Source: Veillonellales bacterium
Lineage (GTDB): Bacteria > Bacillota > Negativicutes > JAAYSF01
DNA: 64,000 nucleotides
Assembly (NCBI GenBank): GCA_039680175.1
Contig: JBDKTO010000117.1
Coordinates: 47,278-111,277, forward strand
Direction: 5' to 3'
A program made the position numbers and the translations under genes. Positions 9,670-18,726 of this stretch are shown in pieces. Under the pieces are notes generated by a model. That model did no database searches and was not told the origin of the DNA. It worked only from the letters and a program-made list of their open reading frames with translations. Positions within the stretch are counted from its first letter, which is position 1; each line of letters begins with the position of its first letter.

Positions 9670-11022
9670 TTATCGAAAAGCAGCTGGATGAGTTGAAAAA
9701 GATCGCTGCGATTGTGTTGACTCGGTAAACATAGATAGCTTTTCCACTGCATACAGCGGTAGGCTTAGCAGCCAATCTTCCTTTTTATAATCGGCCATTG
9801 ATGTGCGTATCGACAGTTTGGGCCGGAATTTTTCATAATACGTTTTTAGACTCTTTGCCTTTAAATTTGTTTCAGCCTTGACTTCGATGGGAATGACGTT
9901 ACTGCCATTATCCGCTGCAAAGTCGATTTCCGCAGTACCGCGGTTATTTGTCCAGTAATATGTGTCCAGTCCTTTGATCGTTTTTAGCTGTTGCAATACG
10001 TATTGTTCGGTAAGCGCACCTTTGAATTCCTTAAAAAGTTCGTTACCATCCAAAAGGGTGCTTTGATTAAGGCGTACCATGCAAGAAAGCAGTCCTACAT
10101 CCAACAGAAACAGCTTAAAGGCTTTCACATCTTCATAAGCCTTTAGTGGAACAGCCGGTGCAGTCACACGATGTACTTTATGCACCAGGCCGCAGTCGGT
10201 CAGCCAGAGCAGTGCCAATTCGTATTCCTTGGCTCTGGCGCCATTTCTGATCAGTCCATAGATAAATTTTTTATTCTCTTTGGCGAGCTGAGCGGGGATA
10301 CTGTTCCAGAGCATTCTAATTCTGGGTACGGTTTCATTAGGCGCGTGTTTGGAAAAGTCCTGCTCGTAAGCTGCAAGAATGCGCTGTTGTATCTCGCGTG
10401 CTTCGTTAAAATCTTTATTTTCGGAAAAATGCAGTACCGCTTCCGGCATTCCACCAACATAGTAATAATATTTGAGAATGTCTATATATGTCTGTCTGAA
10501 GGCAGTTACCATGTCAAAGTCGCCATGCTGCAGCAGCTCTGCATACTGTTCATGTCCCATTGCCATCAAAAATTCAGTGAAACTGAGCGGGTATAAATCA
10601 AGGAATTCCACTTTACCGACAGGAAAAGATGTACCGCCATGCAGTGCCACACCCAACAGGGATCCGGCGCATATGATCTGATATTCCGGGGCATTCTCAT
10701 TAAAGTATTTCAGAGAAGTCAGCGCTTGCGGCACTTCTTGTATTTCATCAAAAATCAGCAGTGTATTGGCAGGGTCAATTTTTTGGCCGGAATAAAGTTC
10801 CAGTCCGGTTACAATGCGTCCGATATCCAAGTCGGATGAAAACAGATCCTTCATCCGCCGATTGTTGTCAAAGCTGATATAAACAGTTTTAGCAAAAGCA
10901 AGTTTTCCGAACTCTTTCATTAGCCAGGTTTTTCCAACTTGTCTTGCTCCACGGATAATCAGCGGTTTTTTATTTCGTTTTGCTTTCCACTTAGTAAGCT
11001 CTTCCATTGCTGTTCTATACAT
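9670..11022 (-). CDS. AAA+ ATPase (DUF4143-type ATP-binding protein)
   Basis: Walker A GARQVGKT near the N-terminus and Walker B LLIFDEIQ. 450 aa, with the C-terminal DUF4143-like region typical of this widespread family. Confidence 0.7.
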   Translation of the reverse strand: MYRTAMEELTKWKAKRNKKPLIIRGARQVGKTWLMKEFGKLAFAKTVYISFDNNRRMKDLFSSDLDIGRIVTGLELYSGQKIDPANTLLIFDEIQEVPQALTSLKYFNENAPEYQIICAGSLLGVALHGGTSFPVGKVEFLDLYPLSFTEFLMAMGHEQYAELLQHGDFDMVTAFRQTYIDILKYYYYVGGMPEAVLHFSENKDFNEAREIQQRILAAYEQDFSKHAPNETVPRIRMLWNSIPAQLAKENKKFIYGLIRNGARAKEYELALLWLTDCGLVHKVHRVTAPAVPLKAYEDVKAFKLFLLDVGLLSCMVRLNQSTLLDGNELFKEFKGALTEQYVLQQLKTIKGLDTYYWTNNRGTAEIDFAADNGSNVIPIEVKAETNLKAKSLKTYYEKFRPKLSIRTSMADYKKEDWLLSLPLYAVEKLSMFTESTQSQRSFSTHPAAFR

Positions 11023-11258
11023 GATGCATCACTCCATAAGAACAGTATAACATGGCAAAAACAAAAAATACAACGAAAATATGTATAATAAGAACATTTT
11101 TTCGAACTAAAAAAATAAAGCAGAGATGTAAGTCCATCAAATGCAGTGCCATTAAGATGCCACCTTGATAATGACAGCTCTAAAAGGCACACAAGGCAGC
11201 AACGAGAGATTGCTTCGCTGCGCTCGCAATGACAGGTTGAAGAATCAGGGACGTTTTT

Positions 11259-11483
11259 TTGCTTCTTTTTCCCACAGGCTGCCGGTTGTTTTGTCCTGAA
11301 TTTGTCCGTGAATTTTGGTATGCTGCGGCGCTGGGTAACAGTAGGGGGGATCATTGTTATAATAAGGCCGAAGGCAGCAGAGAAACGGCAAAGCGGCTGT
11401 TGGACATGGGAATGTCGGTTTCTGATATTACCAAAGCAACTGGTTTGTCTGAGACGGAAGTCCATCAAATGCAGTGCCATTAA
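11259..11483 (+). pseudogene. Orphan C-terminal module of the Rpn-family nuclease (the same ~45 aa as the end of the 13230..14066 protein)
   Basis: The translation ends ...GDHCYNKAEGSRETAKRLLDMGMSVSDITKATGLSETEVHQMQCH. The C-terminus of the Rpn-like protein reads GNRETAKRLLDMGMSVSDIAKATGLSETEVRQLQCH. A third copy lies at ~15650-15745. Confidence 0.5.
11265..11380 (+). repeat. Repeated promoter-like leader module, copy 1. Other copies lie at ~14862-14910 (partial), ~15555-15655 and ~15890-15995.
   Basis: Near-identical stretch caggctgccggttgttttg...gaattttggtatgctgcggcgctgggtaaca...cattgttataataagg containing a TATAAT box. It precedes orphan copies of the Rpn C-terminal module. Confidence 0.5.
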
Positions 11484-11619
11484 GACGCCACCTTGATAAT
11501 GACAGCTCTAAAAGGCACACAAGGCAGCAACGAGAGATTGCTTCGCTGCGCTCGCAATGACAGGTTGAAGAATCAGGGACGTTTTTTTGCTTCTTTTGAA
11601 AATAGGGGAGCCTATTCCT

Positions 11620-11730
11620 TTCGTTAGGCTGCCGGTTGTGTTGCTTGCTGGGTTTAGGGTATAATAAAAGTGGAATATCGTATTGTATACTCAGCATAAT
11701 GGAAGAGGCAGGTGGGTTTTGCGTGAAACC
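11620..11730 (+). repeat. Second repeated leader module (TATAAT-containing), copy 1. Copy 2 lies at ~14995-15105.
   Basis: aggctgccggttgtgttgcttgctgggtttagggtataataaaagtggaatatcgtattgtatactcagcataatggaagaggcaggtgggttttgcgtgaaacc is repeated with few mismatches upstream of both copies of the small MEEAGGF protein gene. Confidence 0.5.
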
Positions 11731-11950
11731 GACAGTAGAATTTGCCAAGGCTATGGGGAAAACCAGAGAAAAGGTAAATGCAGCCGCTCAAAATGGTATT
11801 ATATTAGAGAAATCCCCGAGAATTCGGTTTCGGAGTGAAAGTGAGAAAGCGGCACTGTGCCGATCTGTTATTTTTACTGTTGAACAAGCGAAGCGATCCG
11901 GGAGGCTGCATAAATCGGGAAAAGGTTATGTACTATCATGGAAGAACTAA
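11636..11950 (+). CDS. Small hypothetical protein (copy 1 of a duplicated gene). The true start is probably the internal MEEAGGF near 11699.
   Basis: Roughly 90% identical at protein level to ORF 15041..15322. The function is unknown. Confidence 0.45.
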   Translation: MCCLLGLGYNKSGISYCILSIMEEAGGFCVKPTVEFAKAMGKTREKVNAAAQNGIILEKSPRIRFRSESEKAALCRSVIFTVEQAKRSGRLHKSGKGYVLSWKN

Positions 11951-12530
11951 AAAAGCGGCTAAAAGGATGTATAAATATTCAAGATAGCTTACAACAAATG
12001 ACAGCCGCCGGTATAGTGAGCCAGGCTTTTAAAAAATATAATCTTATTCCGGCTGTCGTAGGAGGGCTGGCGGTGGAATTTTATACATTGTCTAATTACC
12101 TAACCAGGGATATAGATATGGTGATTCCCGGAGACCAATATGCAAATGAGGTAATGATCGAACTCGGCTTTAGTAAAAGGGGCAGTACTTGGATTTTTTC
12201 GGACGATCCTACCATAATGTTGACTTTCCCGGAAGTCCTTTAGGTGGTTCGTGGGATAAAGTTTTACCGGTTGAACTTGACTCCGGTGACATTGTCTATG
12301 TTATTTCGATTGAAGATATTATAGTGGATCGAATCTTAGCTGTGAAATATTGGGGCGATTCGGAAGAGTGGGCGCAATATATGATGGCGGCTCATTATGA
12401 CGACATAGATTGGGAGTATTGTTTTAAAAGGGCAGATAAAGAGCTTTGCTTGGATGGTTTAGAAAAAATGAAAAAATGGTCAGCAGAACACCGTGAGGCA
12501 TTCTATTGCGGGCAAGTAGAGAAAAAATGA
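11938..12530 (+). pseudogene. Nucleotidyltransferase-like gene disrupted by a frameshift near 12220-12245
   Basis: Two overlapping ORFs, 11938..12243 and 12189..12530, read continuously if a 1-nt frameshift is allowed (..LTFPEVL* versus ..DFPGSPLGGSWDKV). The first part carries a GG..DID minimal-nucleotidyltransferase motif (VVGGLAVEF...TRDIDMV). Confidence 0.5.
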
Positions 12531-12560
12531 GTAAAATATGTAATTGACAGGAGATAATAC

Positions 12561-13106
12561 ATGGATAATATCAGTCTAAGAGATTTAAAAAAACATTTAA
12601 CGACAGTGCCCTTTGATGAAATGGTCGCGGATATAATCACTTTATATAAGGACATTCCGGCAGTCAGAGAATATTATCTCATAAAGTTATGTCCTGCTGC
12701 CGAAATTACTCTATTGGAAAAATACAAAAAAATTATTGAAAATGAGTTTTTTCCTAATAGAGGTTTTGGCAAGGCGCGAGCTTCAGTTGTCAGAAAAGCA
12801 ATTAGTGACTTCAAAAAAATTGCCAAGTCGCCATACAATATAGTTGATTTATTATTTTTCCACGTTTCAATAGGAGTAGACTTTACCAATTCATATGGCG
12901 ATATTGACGATGTATTTTACGCAAGCTTAGGAAACAGTTTTGAACAGGCATTAAAATATGGCTTTAAACATGGTATAGCCGACGAAATTAGGAAAAGCGC
13001 AAAAATAGTACTAGAAAAATGCCAAGGATTCGGCTGGGGGTTTAGCGACGTTATTGATGATATTTATTATACATATTACGATTCTTATGAAGAAGATAAC
13101 GATTAA
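12561..13106 (+). CDS. Hypothetical protein (AT-rich, acidic C-terminus)
   Basis: 181 aa with no recognisable motif. It is followed directly by a copy of the GGGACGTACATTTTGCT hairpin. Confidence 0.5.
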   Translation: MDNISLRDLKKHLTTVPFDEMVADIITLYKDIPAVREYYLIKLCPAAEITLLEKYKKIIENEFFPNRGFGKARASVVRKAISDFKKIAKSPYNIVDLLFFHVSIGVDFTNSYGDIDDVFYASLGNSFEQALKYGFKHGIADEIRKSAKIVLEKCQGFGWGFSDVIDDIYYTYYDSYEEDND

Positions 13107-13113
13107 GGTTTAG

Positions 13114-13140
13114 AAAGCATAGGGACGTATATTTTGCTTC
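13114..13140 (+). terminator. Conserved hairpin aagcaTAGGGACGTAtATTTTGCTT (member of a 5-copy family)
   Basis: Stem aagca/tgctt with a conserved loop, placed immediately 3' of a + strand stop codon and followed by a U-rich run. Confidence 0.4.
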
Positions 13141-13229
13141 TCTTATGGGGACAATTATCTATCGTCAGAAGAGGAGACTGTATTTTTTTCAAATATCTGG
13201 TATACTAAAAATACAAGGGAGGAATACGA

Positions 13230-14066
13230 ATGGAATGGAATCTGAACCGAATCAACGACTATTTGTTTAAGTGGGTATTTGGCCGTGAGGAAAATAAAGA
13301 AATTTTGCTCAGCTTTCTGAACTCCGTATTGTCTCCCAGCGGGCAGGACGAATTAGCGGACATTATGCTGGCGGAACGGGAATTGGATCCGGAGCATATT
13401 GCCGATAAAATGTCGCGACTGGATATTTTAGGCAAGGGAAACGACGGCAGCATCATTAATATCGAAGTGCAAATTGCCAATCAGTATGACATAGATAAAC
13501 GGACACTGTATTACTGGGCAAAGCTGTACCAGGGACAGATGCAGAAAGGGCAGAGGTATAAAGAACTCTCCCGCACCATTACCGTTAATGTACTAAACTT
13601 TGCTTTTCTGCCGAAGGAAGAGAAGTATCATAGTATGTTTGCCCTGTATGAGACGGAGACAGGGTACCGATTAAACCGGGATTTGGAGATTCATTTTTTG
13701 GAACTGTCAAAATGGAAACAGCTGCAGGTGCCGCCGCGAACGCGGCTGGATAAGTGGCTGATGTATCTATCGAATGCCAATCCGGAGGAAATGGAGGAGA
13801 TAGCTATGAGCGAACCAGCGATTCGCAAGGCGTTAAGTGCAGAGGAAATCTTTTTAAAGCAGGATAAAGAAAGATATTTGTACGAGATGAGAGAGAAAGC
13901 CATATTGGATCATATTTCCGCCATTAGCGGTGCGGAAGAAAAAGGAAGAGCCGAAGGAAACAGGGAAACGGCAAAGCGGCTATTGGACATGGGAATGTCG
14001 GTTTCTGATATTGCCAAAGCAACGGGGTTGTCTGAGACGGAAGTCCGTCAGCTGCAGTGTCATTGA
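13230..14066 (+). CDS. Rpn-family recombination-promoting nuclease / putative transposase (PD-(D/E)XK; YhgA-like)
   Basis: 278 aa. The N-terminal region MEWNLNRINDYLFKWVFGREENKEILLSFLNSVL...LDILGKGNDGSIINIEVQ is characteristic of the Rpn/YhgA-like (TIGR01784-type) family. Good RBS (agggagg). Fragments of its C-terminus are scattered nearby. Confidence 0.7.
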   Translation: MEWNLNRINDYLFKWVFGREENKEILLSFLNSVLSPSGQDELADIMLAERELDPEHIADKMSRLDILGKGNDGSIINIEVQIANQYDIDKRTLYYWAKLYQGQMQKGQRYKELSRTITVNVLNFAFLPKEEKYHSMFALYETETGYRLNRDLEIHFLELSKWKQLQVPPRTRLDKWLMYLSNANPEEMEEIAMSEPAIRKALSAEEIFLKQDKERYLYEMREKAILDHISAISGAEEKGRAEGNRETAKRLLDMGMSVSDIAKATGLSETEVRQLQCH

Positions 14067-14244
14067 AACGTCGCTGTTGGAATCATCGGGGGCGGGCGCT
14101 TTTTTGCTTCGTTTGTGATCCAAAGAAACTATTTTTTCGTCAGGCTGCCGGTTTTGTGCTTAGCCGGTCAGGGTATAGCGGAAGCAGATGAAGAAGAAGG
14201 GGTATGGCAGGCATTACTGCGGATCGCCGGAGAGTGAGCAGGGG

Positions 14245-14345
14245 AACACACACCCCGCCCTAACGGGCACCCCCACTCTGTATAATTCGACTGGCGAAAC
14301 TCAAAAAGCAGAGTTTCGAGTCTCATCTATCTTTCTAGAGGGGAT
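14245..14345 (+). repeat. MITE-like composite dispersed repeat with ACACCCCGCC / GGCGGGGTGT-type termini, copy 1
   Basis: acaccccgccctaacgggcacccccactctgtataattcgactggcgaaactcaaaaagcagagtttcgagtctcatctatctttctagagggga recurs at ~38408-38562, ~47850-47948 and ~50213-50460. Partial copies lie at ~25878-25930, ~41455-41580 and ~47606-47660. Confidence 0.6.
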
Positions 14346-14790
14346 TATGTGGGAAGCAGTGGGACGTTCTTTTTGCTCCGCCTATGATAAGATATTTATC
14401 AGGCCGTAAGCGAAAAGCAGCTGGATGAGTTGAAAAAGCTCGCTGCGATTGTGCTGACTCGGTAAACATGTATAGCTTCTCCACTGCATACAGCGGCAGG
14501 TTCAGCAGCCAATCTTCCTTTTTATAATCGGCCATTGATGCGCGTATCGATAGTTTGGGCCGGAATTTTTCATAATACGTTTTTAGACTCTTTGCCTTCA
14601 AATTTGTTTCGGCTTTGACTTCGATGGGGATGATTTCACTGCCATTATCCGCTGCAAAGCTTAAAGGCTTTCATATCTTCATAAGCCTTTAGTGGAACAG
14701 CCGGTGCAGTCACACGATGTACTTTATGCACCAGGCTGCAGTCGGTAACATAGTAATAATATTTGAGAATGTCTAAACAAAAAATACAAC
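14335..14790 (-). pseudogene. Decayed partial duplicate of the DUF4143 AAA+ ATPase gene
   Basis: Nucleotide stretches 14341-14640, 14641-14740 and 14741-14830 are near-identical to parts of 9590-11100, with internal deletions. The 88-aa ORF matches the ATPase C-terminus (KAKSLKTYYEKFRPKLSIR...). Confidence 0.65.
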
Positions 14791-15040
14791 GGAAATATGT
14801 ATAATACGTACATTTTTTCGAACTAAAAAATTTAAAGCAGTAGGGACGATTTCAGGCTGCCGGGGGTTTTGCCTCGGAATACCCGTGAATTTTGGTATGC
14901 TGTGGCGCTGGGGAAATCAAGAAAGAAATAACGCCCCTTCAAGCAACGGGGACGCTGTTTTTGTTTCTTGATTGATAGAGTATTTATTCTTTCGGCAGGC
15001 TGCCGGTTGTTTTGCTTGCCGGGTTTAGGGTATAATAAAA

Positions 15041-15322
15041 ATGGAATATCCGTATTGTATGTTCAGCATAATGGAAGAGGCAGGTGGGTTTTGCATGAAA
15101 CCGGCAATAGAGTTTGCAAAGGCTATTGGGAAAACCAGAGAAAAGGTAAATGCAGCAGCTCAAAATGGTATTATATTAGAGAAATCCCCAAGGGTTCGGT
15201 TTCGGAACGAAAGTGAGAAAGCGGCACTGTGCCGATCTGTTGTTTTTACTGTTGAACAAGCGAAGCGATCCGGGAGGCTGCATAAATCGGGAAAAGGTTA
15301 TGTATTATCATGGAAGAATTAA
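15041..15322 (+). CDS. Small hypothetical protein (copy 2 of a duplicated gene). It is followed by a truncated nucleotidyltransferase start (MEELKKRLKGCI*).
   Basis: Near-identical to 11636..11950. The downstream partner gene is truncated after 12 codons at ~15310-15348. Confidence 0.4.
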   Translation: MEYPYCMFSIMEEAGGFCMKPAIEFAKAIGKTREKVNAAAQNGIILEKSPRVRFRNESEKAALCRSVVFTVEQAKRSGRLHKSGKGYVLSWKN

Positions 15323-16017
15323 AAAAGCGGCTAAAAGGATGTATATAAAAAGCATAGGGACGTACATTTTGCTTCTCCTATAGAAATAATTATCTATCGA
15401 GACGGAAGTTCGTCAGATGCAGTGCCATTAAGACGCCACCTTGATAATGATAGCTCTAAAAGGCACACAAGGCAGCAACGAGAGATTGCTTCGCTGGCGC
15501 TCGCAATGACAGGCTGAAGAATCAGGGACATTCTTTACTCCTTTTATGTATGGTTCCCAGGCTGCCGGTTGTTTTGTTCTGAAATTGCCGGTGAATTCTG
15601 GTATGCTGCGGTGCCGGGTGACAATAGGTGGATCATTGTTATAATAAAGCCGAAGGCAGCAGGGAAACGGCAAAGCGGCTGCTGGACATGGGGATGTCGG
15701 TGTCTGATGTTGCCAAAGCAACGGGGTTGTCTTAGACGGAAGTTCGTCGATGCAGTGCCATTAAGACTCTGCTTGATAATGACAGCTTCTAAAAGGCACA
15801 AGGCAGCAACGAGAGATTGCTTCGCTGGCGCTCGCAATGACAGGCTGAAGAATCAGGGATGTTCCTTTTGTTTCCTCCATGTATGGTTTCCGCTTTTTTA
15901 CAGGCTGCCGGTTTTTTTGTCTGAATTTGTTCGTGAATTTTGGTATGCTGCGGTGTCGGGTGACAATAGGGTGGATCATTGTTATAATAAGGATAAAGAG
16001 GAAAAGAGGCGAAGCCT

Positions 16018-16452
16018 ATGGGTGCCAATCTGGCTGGAAAGAAGCGTAACGACAGGCTGCTGCAAGTATTAACCCCTTTTTTGTTGTCCAGAACGGAGAT
16101 TCAGTTTGCCTGGTTATTTGGATCGTATGCCACGGGGCGGAATACGGCATCCAGTGATATCGATATTGCTATTTTTGTTAACGATCTGAGACTATTGGGT
16201 GATACGGATTGGTATCTTGGCTTGAAATCAGATTTAATGGCTTTGACACATAAAGAAATCGATTTGATACTTTTGAACAATGCGAAGCCGTTGATGAAAC
16301 ATGCGGCTAATATGAAAAAAATAGTTTTACTGGCTCGTGATCCGTTGTTTGAGGCGGAATATGCGTTATCGGTCATTAAAGAATATAATGATGTGCGGTA
16401 TTGGGCGCAGCTTTCCCGGCAGCGCTTACTAGGAGGAGCGAAGCATGGTTAA
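16018..16452 (+). CDS. mntA: Minimal nucleotidyltransferase (MNT) antitoxin of a HepT/MNT type VII toxin-antitoxin pair
   Basis: GS-x10-DID motif (FGSYATGRNTASSDIDIAIF). 144 aa. Overlaps the downstream HEPN gene by 8 nt. Confidence 0.7.
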   Translation: MGANLAGKKRNDRLLQVLTPFLLSRTEIQFAWLFGSYATGRNTASSDIDIAIFVNDLRLLGDTDWYLGLKSDLMALTHKEIDLILLNNAKPLMKHAANMKKIVLLARDPLFEAEYALSVIKEYNDVRYWAQLSRQRLLGGAKHG

Positions 16453-16858
16453 GCATGATATTGTAGAACGGAAGTTGTGCCAAATTCAAAAATCTTTGGA
16501 AAAGATTTTGCTTTACCGTTCTTTGTCTTATGAGGAGTTTGTTAATCACGCAGTTGCCAGAGATGTGGTCGAATACAATCTTTTTATTATTATTAATTCC
16601 ATGATTGATATTGTAAATCATATTGTGACTGATGATGAATTGGGAGAAGTAGACATGCTGGCAGATGGATTTCGTATTTTAGAGACTTATGGATATTGGG
16701 ACAAAGAGCAAGCAAGCATATATACTAAAATGGTTGCTTTTCGTAATATGATTGCTCATCAGTATGCTGATATTGGCGCTCATGTAGTGTATGATGTTTT
16801 GCAGCATAAACTTGAAGGTGTTGAAAATTTCAACCGGCAGATTAGTGATAAATTGTAG
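16445..16858 (+). CDS. hepT: HepT-like HEPN toxin (DUF86)
   Basis: R-x4-H-x-Y motif present (FRNMIAHQY). 137 aa. Translationally coupled to the MNT gene. Confidence 0.7.
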   Translation: MVKHDIVERKLCQIQKSLEKILLYRSLSYEEFVNHAVARDVVEYNLFIIINSMIDIVNHIVTDDELGEVDMLADGFRILETYGYWDKEQASIYTKMVAFRNMIAHQYADIGAHVVYDVLQHKLEGVENFNRQISDKL

Positions 16859-16940
16859 ACGCGGTGAGGAGGGAAGCAGTGGGGACGTTATTCTCGCTTC
16901 GCTTGCGATGGGGAGTGTTGCTGCTCACAGGTAAAATCGA

Positions 16941-16968
16941 AGCGTGAGGGACGTACATTTTGCTCCTT
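16941..16968 (+). terminator. Conserved hairpin aagcgTGAGGGACGTACATTTTGCT (family member). A degenerate second copy lies at ~16875-16905.
   Basis: Same conserved loop GGGACGTACATTTT. Lies 3' of hepT. Confidence 0.35.
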
Positions 16969-17008
16969 CTATTTGTAAGGAAACCTCATTTCTTACAGGA
17001 GGCGTGTC

Positions 17009-17212
17009 ATGACCGAATATGATGTAACGATAAGCAGTGAAGAACAATTCGTTTTACAAGCGTTGGATAGTATTGTTAACAAAGTAGACCAAGAGTATAA
17101 TAAAAAAGAACATGTGTCCCTTTCCGACTTAAACGGCAGGCTGAAAATGGATGAGGTCATGGTCCTTAATTCGGCTTCAAACCAGCCAAAGAAGTTGTCA
17201 AAAGCGATTTAA
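17009..17212 (+). CDS. Small hypothetical protein
   Basis: 67 aa. Good RBS (aggagg) 8 nt upstream. Confidence 0.35.
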   Translation: MTEYDVTISSEEQFVLQALDSIVNKVDQEYNKKEHVSLSDLNGRLKMDEVMVLNSASNQPKKLSKAI

Positions 17213-17239
17213 GCAGAAGCAGAGGGAGAAGAGGGAGTT

Positions 17240-18115
17240 ATGGCGATAAAAAAGGGAATTATTTTGGCCGGGGGGTCGGGTACCCGGCTGTATCCGGTTA
17301 CGAAGTCGATTAGTAAGCAGTTGATGCCTGTATTTGACAAACCGATGGTATATTACCCGCTGTCGACGCTAATGCTGGCTGGGATTCAGGATATTCTGGT
17401 CATTACGACGCCTCAGGATCAGGCAAGTTTTCAACAGTTATTGGGGTCAGGCGATCAGTGGGGGATTAATTTGTCGTATGCGGTCCAGCCTAGCCCGGAT
17501 GGTTTGGCTCAGGCATTTATTATTGGGGAGTCCTTTATTGATGGGGCCGGATGCGCTTTGGTTTTGGGGGATAATATTTTTTATGGGTACGGATTTAGCG
17601 AAAAGCTGCAAAAGGCGAGGCAGCAGGAGCAGGGGGCTACGGTTTTTGCTTATTGGGTGAAGGACCCGGAACGGTATGGGGTGGTAGAGTTTGATGCAGC
17701 CGGAAAAGCTGTGAGCCTGGCAGAAAAACCGGTTAAGCCGAAGTCCAATTATGCGGTTACAGGGTTGTATTTTTATGACAGCCAAGTGGTGGAATTGGCG
17801 AAAATGGTGAAACCGTCTACCCGGGGGGAACTGGAAATCACTGATTTAAACCGGCTGTATTTGGAGCGGGATACACTTCGGGTAGAGACGCTGGGCCGGG
17901 GTTATGCCTGGCTGGATACGGGAACACATGAGTCTCTGCTGCAGGCTTCCGATTATATCGCGACGATTCAGGAGCGGCAGGGCCTGATGGTGGCCTGCCC
18001 GGAGGAAATTGCTTACCGAATGGGGTATATTTCCCGGAAGCAGCTGGCAGCTCAGGGTGATGTGATGAAGAAGAACGGCTATGGCAGGTATTTGCTGCGG
18101 ATTGCCGGGGAGTGA
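17240..18115 (+). CDS. rfbA: Glucose-1-phosphate thymidylyltransferase
   Basis: N-terminus [17 protein letters not shown] is the classic RmlA motif. 291 aa. Confidence 0.9.
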   Translation: MAIKKGIILAGGSGTRLYPVTKSISKQLMPVFDKPMVYYPLSTLMLAGIQDILVITTPQDQASFQQLLGSGDQWGINLSYAVQPSPDGLAQAFIIGESFIDGAGCALVLGDNIFYGYGFSEKLQKARQQEQGATVFAYWVKDPERYGVVEFDAAGKAVSLAEKPVKPKSNYAVTGLYFYDSQVVELAKMVKPSTRGELEITDLNRLYLERDTLRVETLGRGYAWLDTGTHESLLQASDYIATIQERQGLMVACPEEIAYRMGYISRKQLAAQGDVMKKNGYGRYLLRIAGE

Positions 18116-18153
18116 GCGGGGGACGGACAAAGGGGAATTTTAGCTGATAAGGT

Positions 18154-18726
18154 ATGGAGTTGATGGATATGAATATAGTAGAAACAAAATTGCCGGGGGT
18201 ATTGATTGTTGAAACCAGGGCTTTTGGTGATGAACGGGGTTTTTTTAAGGAAACTTGGCGGCAGGAGCGGTACGAGGCGCTGGGCATAAAGGGGCCGTTT
18301 GTCCAGGATAATTTATCGTATTCCACTCGCGGGGTGCTTCGGGGGCTGCATTATCAGAATCCGCATTCTCAGGGGAAATTGGTATCAGTGGTGCTGGGGG
18401 CAGTATTTGATGCGGCGGTGGATATTCGGGTGGGTTCGCCGACCTTTGGCCAGTGGACCGGGGTGGAGCTTTCCGGTGACAATCATCGTCAATTCTGGAT
18501 TCCGTCCGGATTTGCCCATGGTTTTTGTGTGTTGAGCGATACTGTATATTTTACTTATAAATGCACGGATGTTTATACGCCTTCGGCGGAAGGCGGGATC
18601 ATCTGGAATGATCCGGATATCGGGATTCAGTGGCCGGTCGAGGCCGGGGTGCTTTCGGATAAGGATCAGGTGTATCCGAGATTAAAGGATATAGCAGCGG
18701 ATAAGCTGCCCGTATATAGGGGATAA
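18154..18726 (+). CDS. rfbC: dTDP-4-dehydrorhamnose 3,5-epimerase
   Basis: RmlC cupin motifs (RGLHYQ, FWIPSGFAHGF). ~185 aa. The start is possibly at the internal Met near 18163-18169. Confidence 0.85.
   Translation: MELMDMNIVETKLPGVLIVETRAFGDERGFFKETWRQERYEALGIKGPFVQDNLSYSTRGVLRGLHYQNPHSQGKLVSVVLGAVFDAAVDIRVGSPTFGQWTGVELSGDNHRQFWIPSGFAHGFCVLSDTVYFTYKCTDVYTPSAEGGIIWNDPDIGIQWPVEAGVLSDKDQVYPRLKDIAADKLPVYRG

Noticed and set aside
11428-11748. 106-aa and 173-aa minus-strand ORFs (11428..11748, 10959..11480) and 15428..16028 minus/plus ORFs in the junkyard
   Set aside because: They are composed of repeat-element translations (HCERSEAISRCCLV motif recurs). They overlap each other in several frames and are not credible genes.
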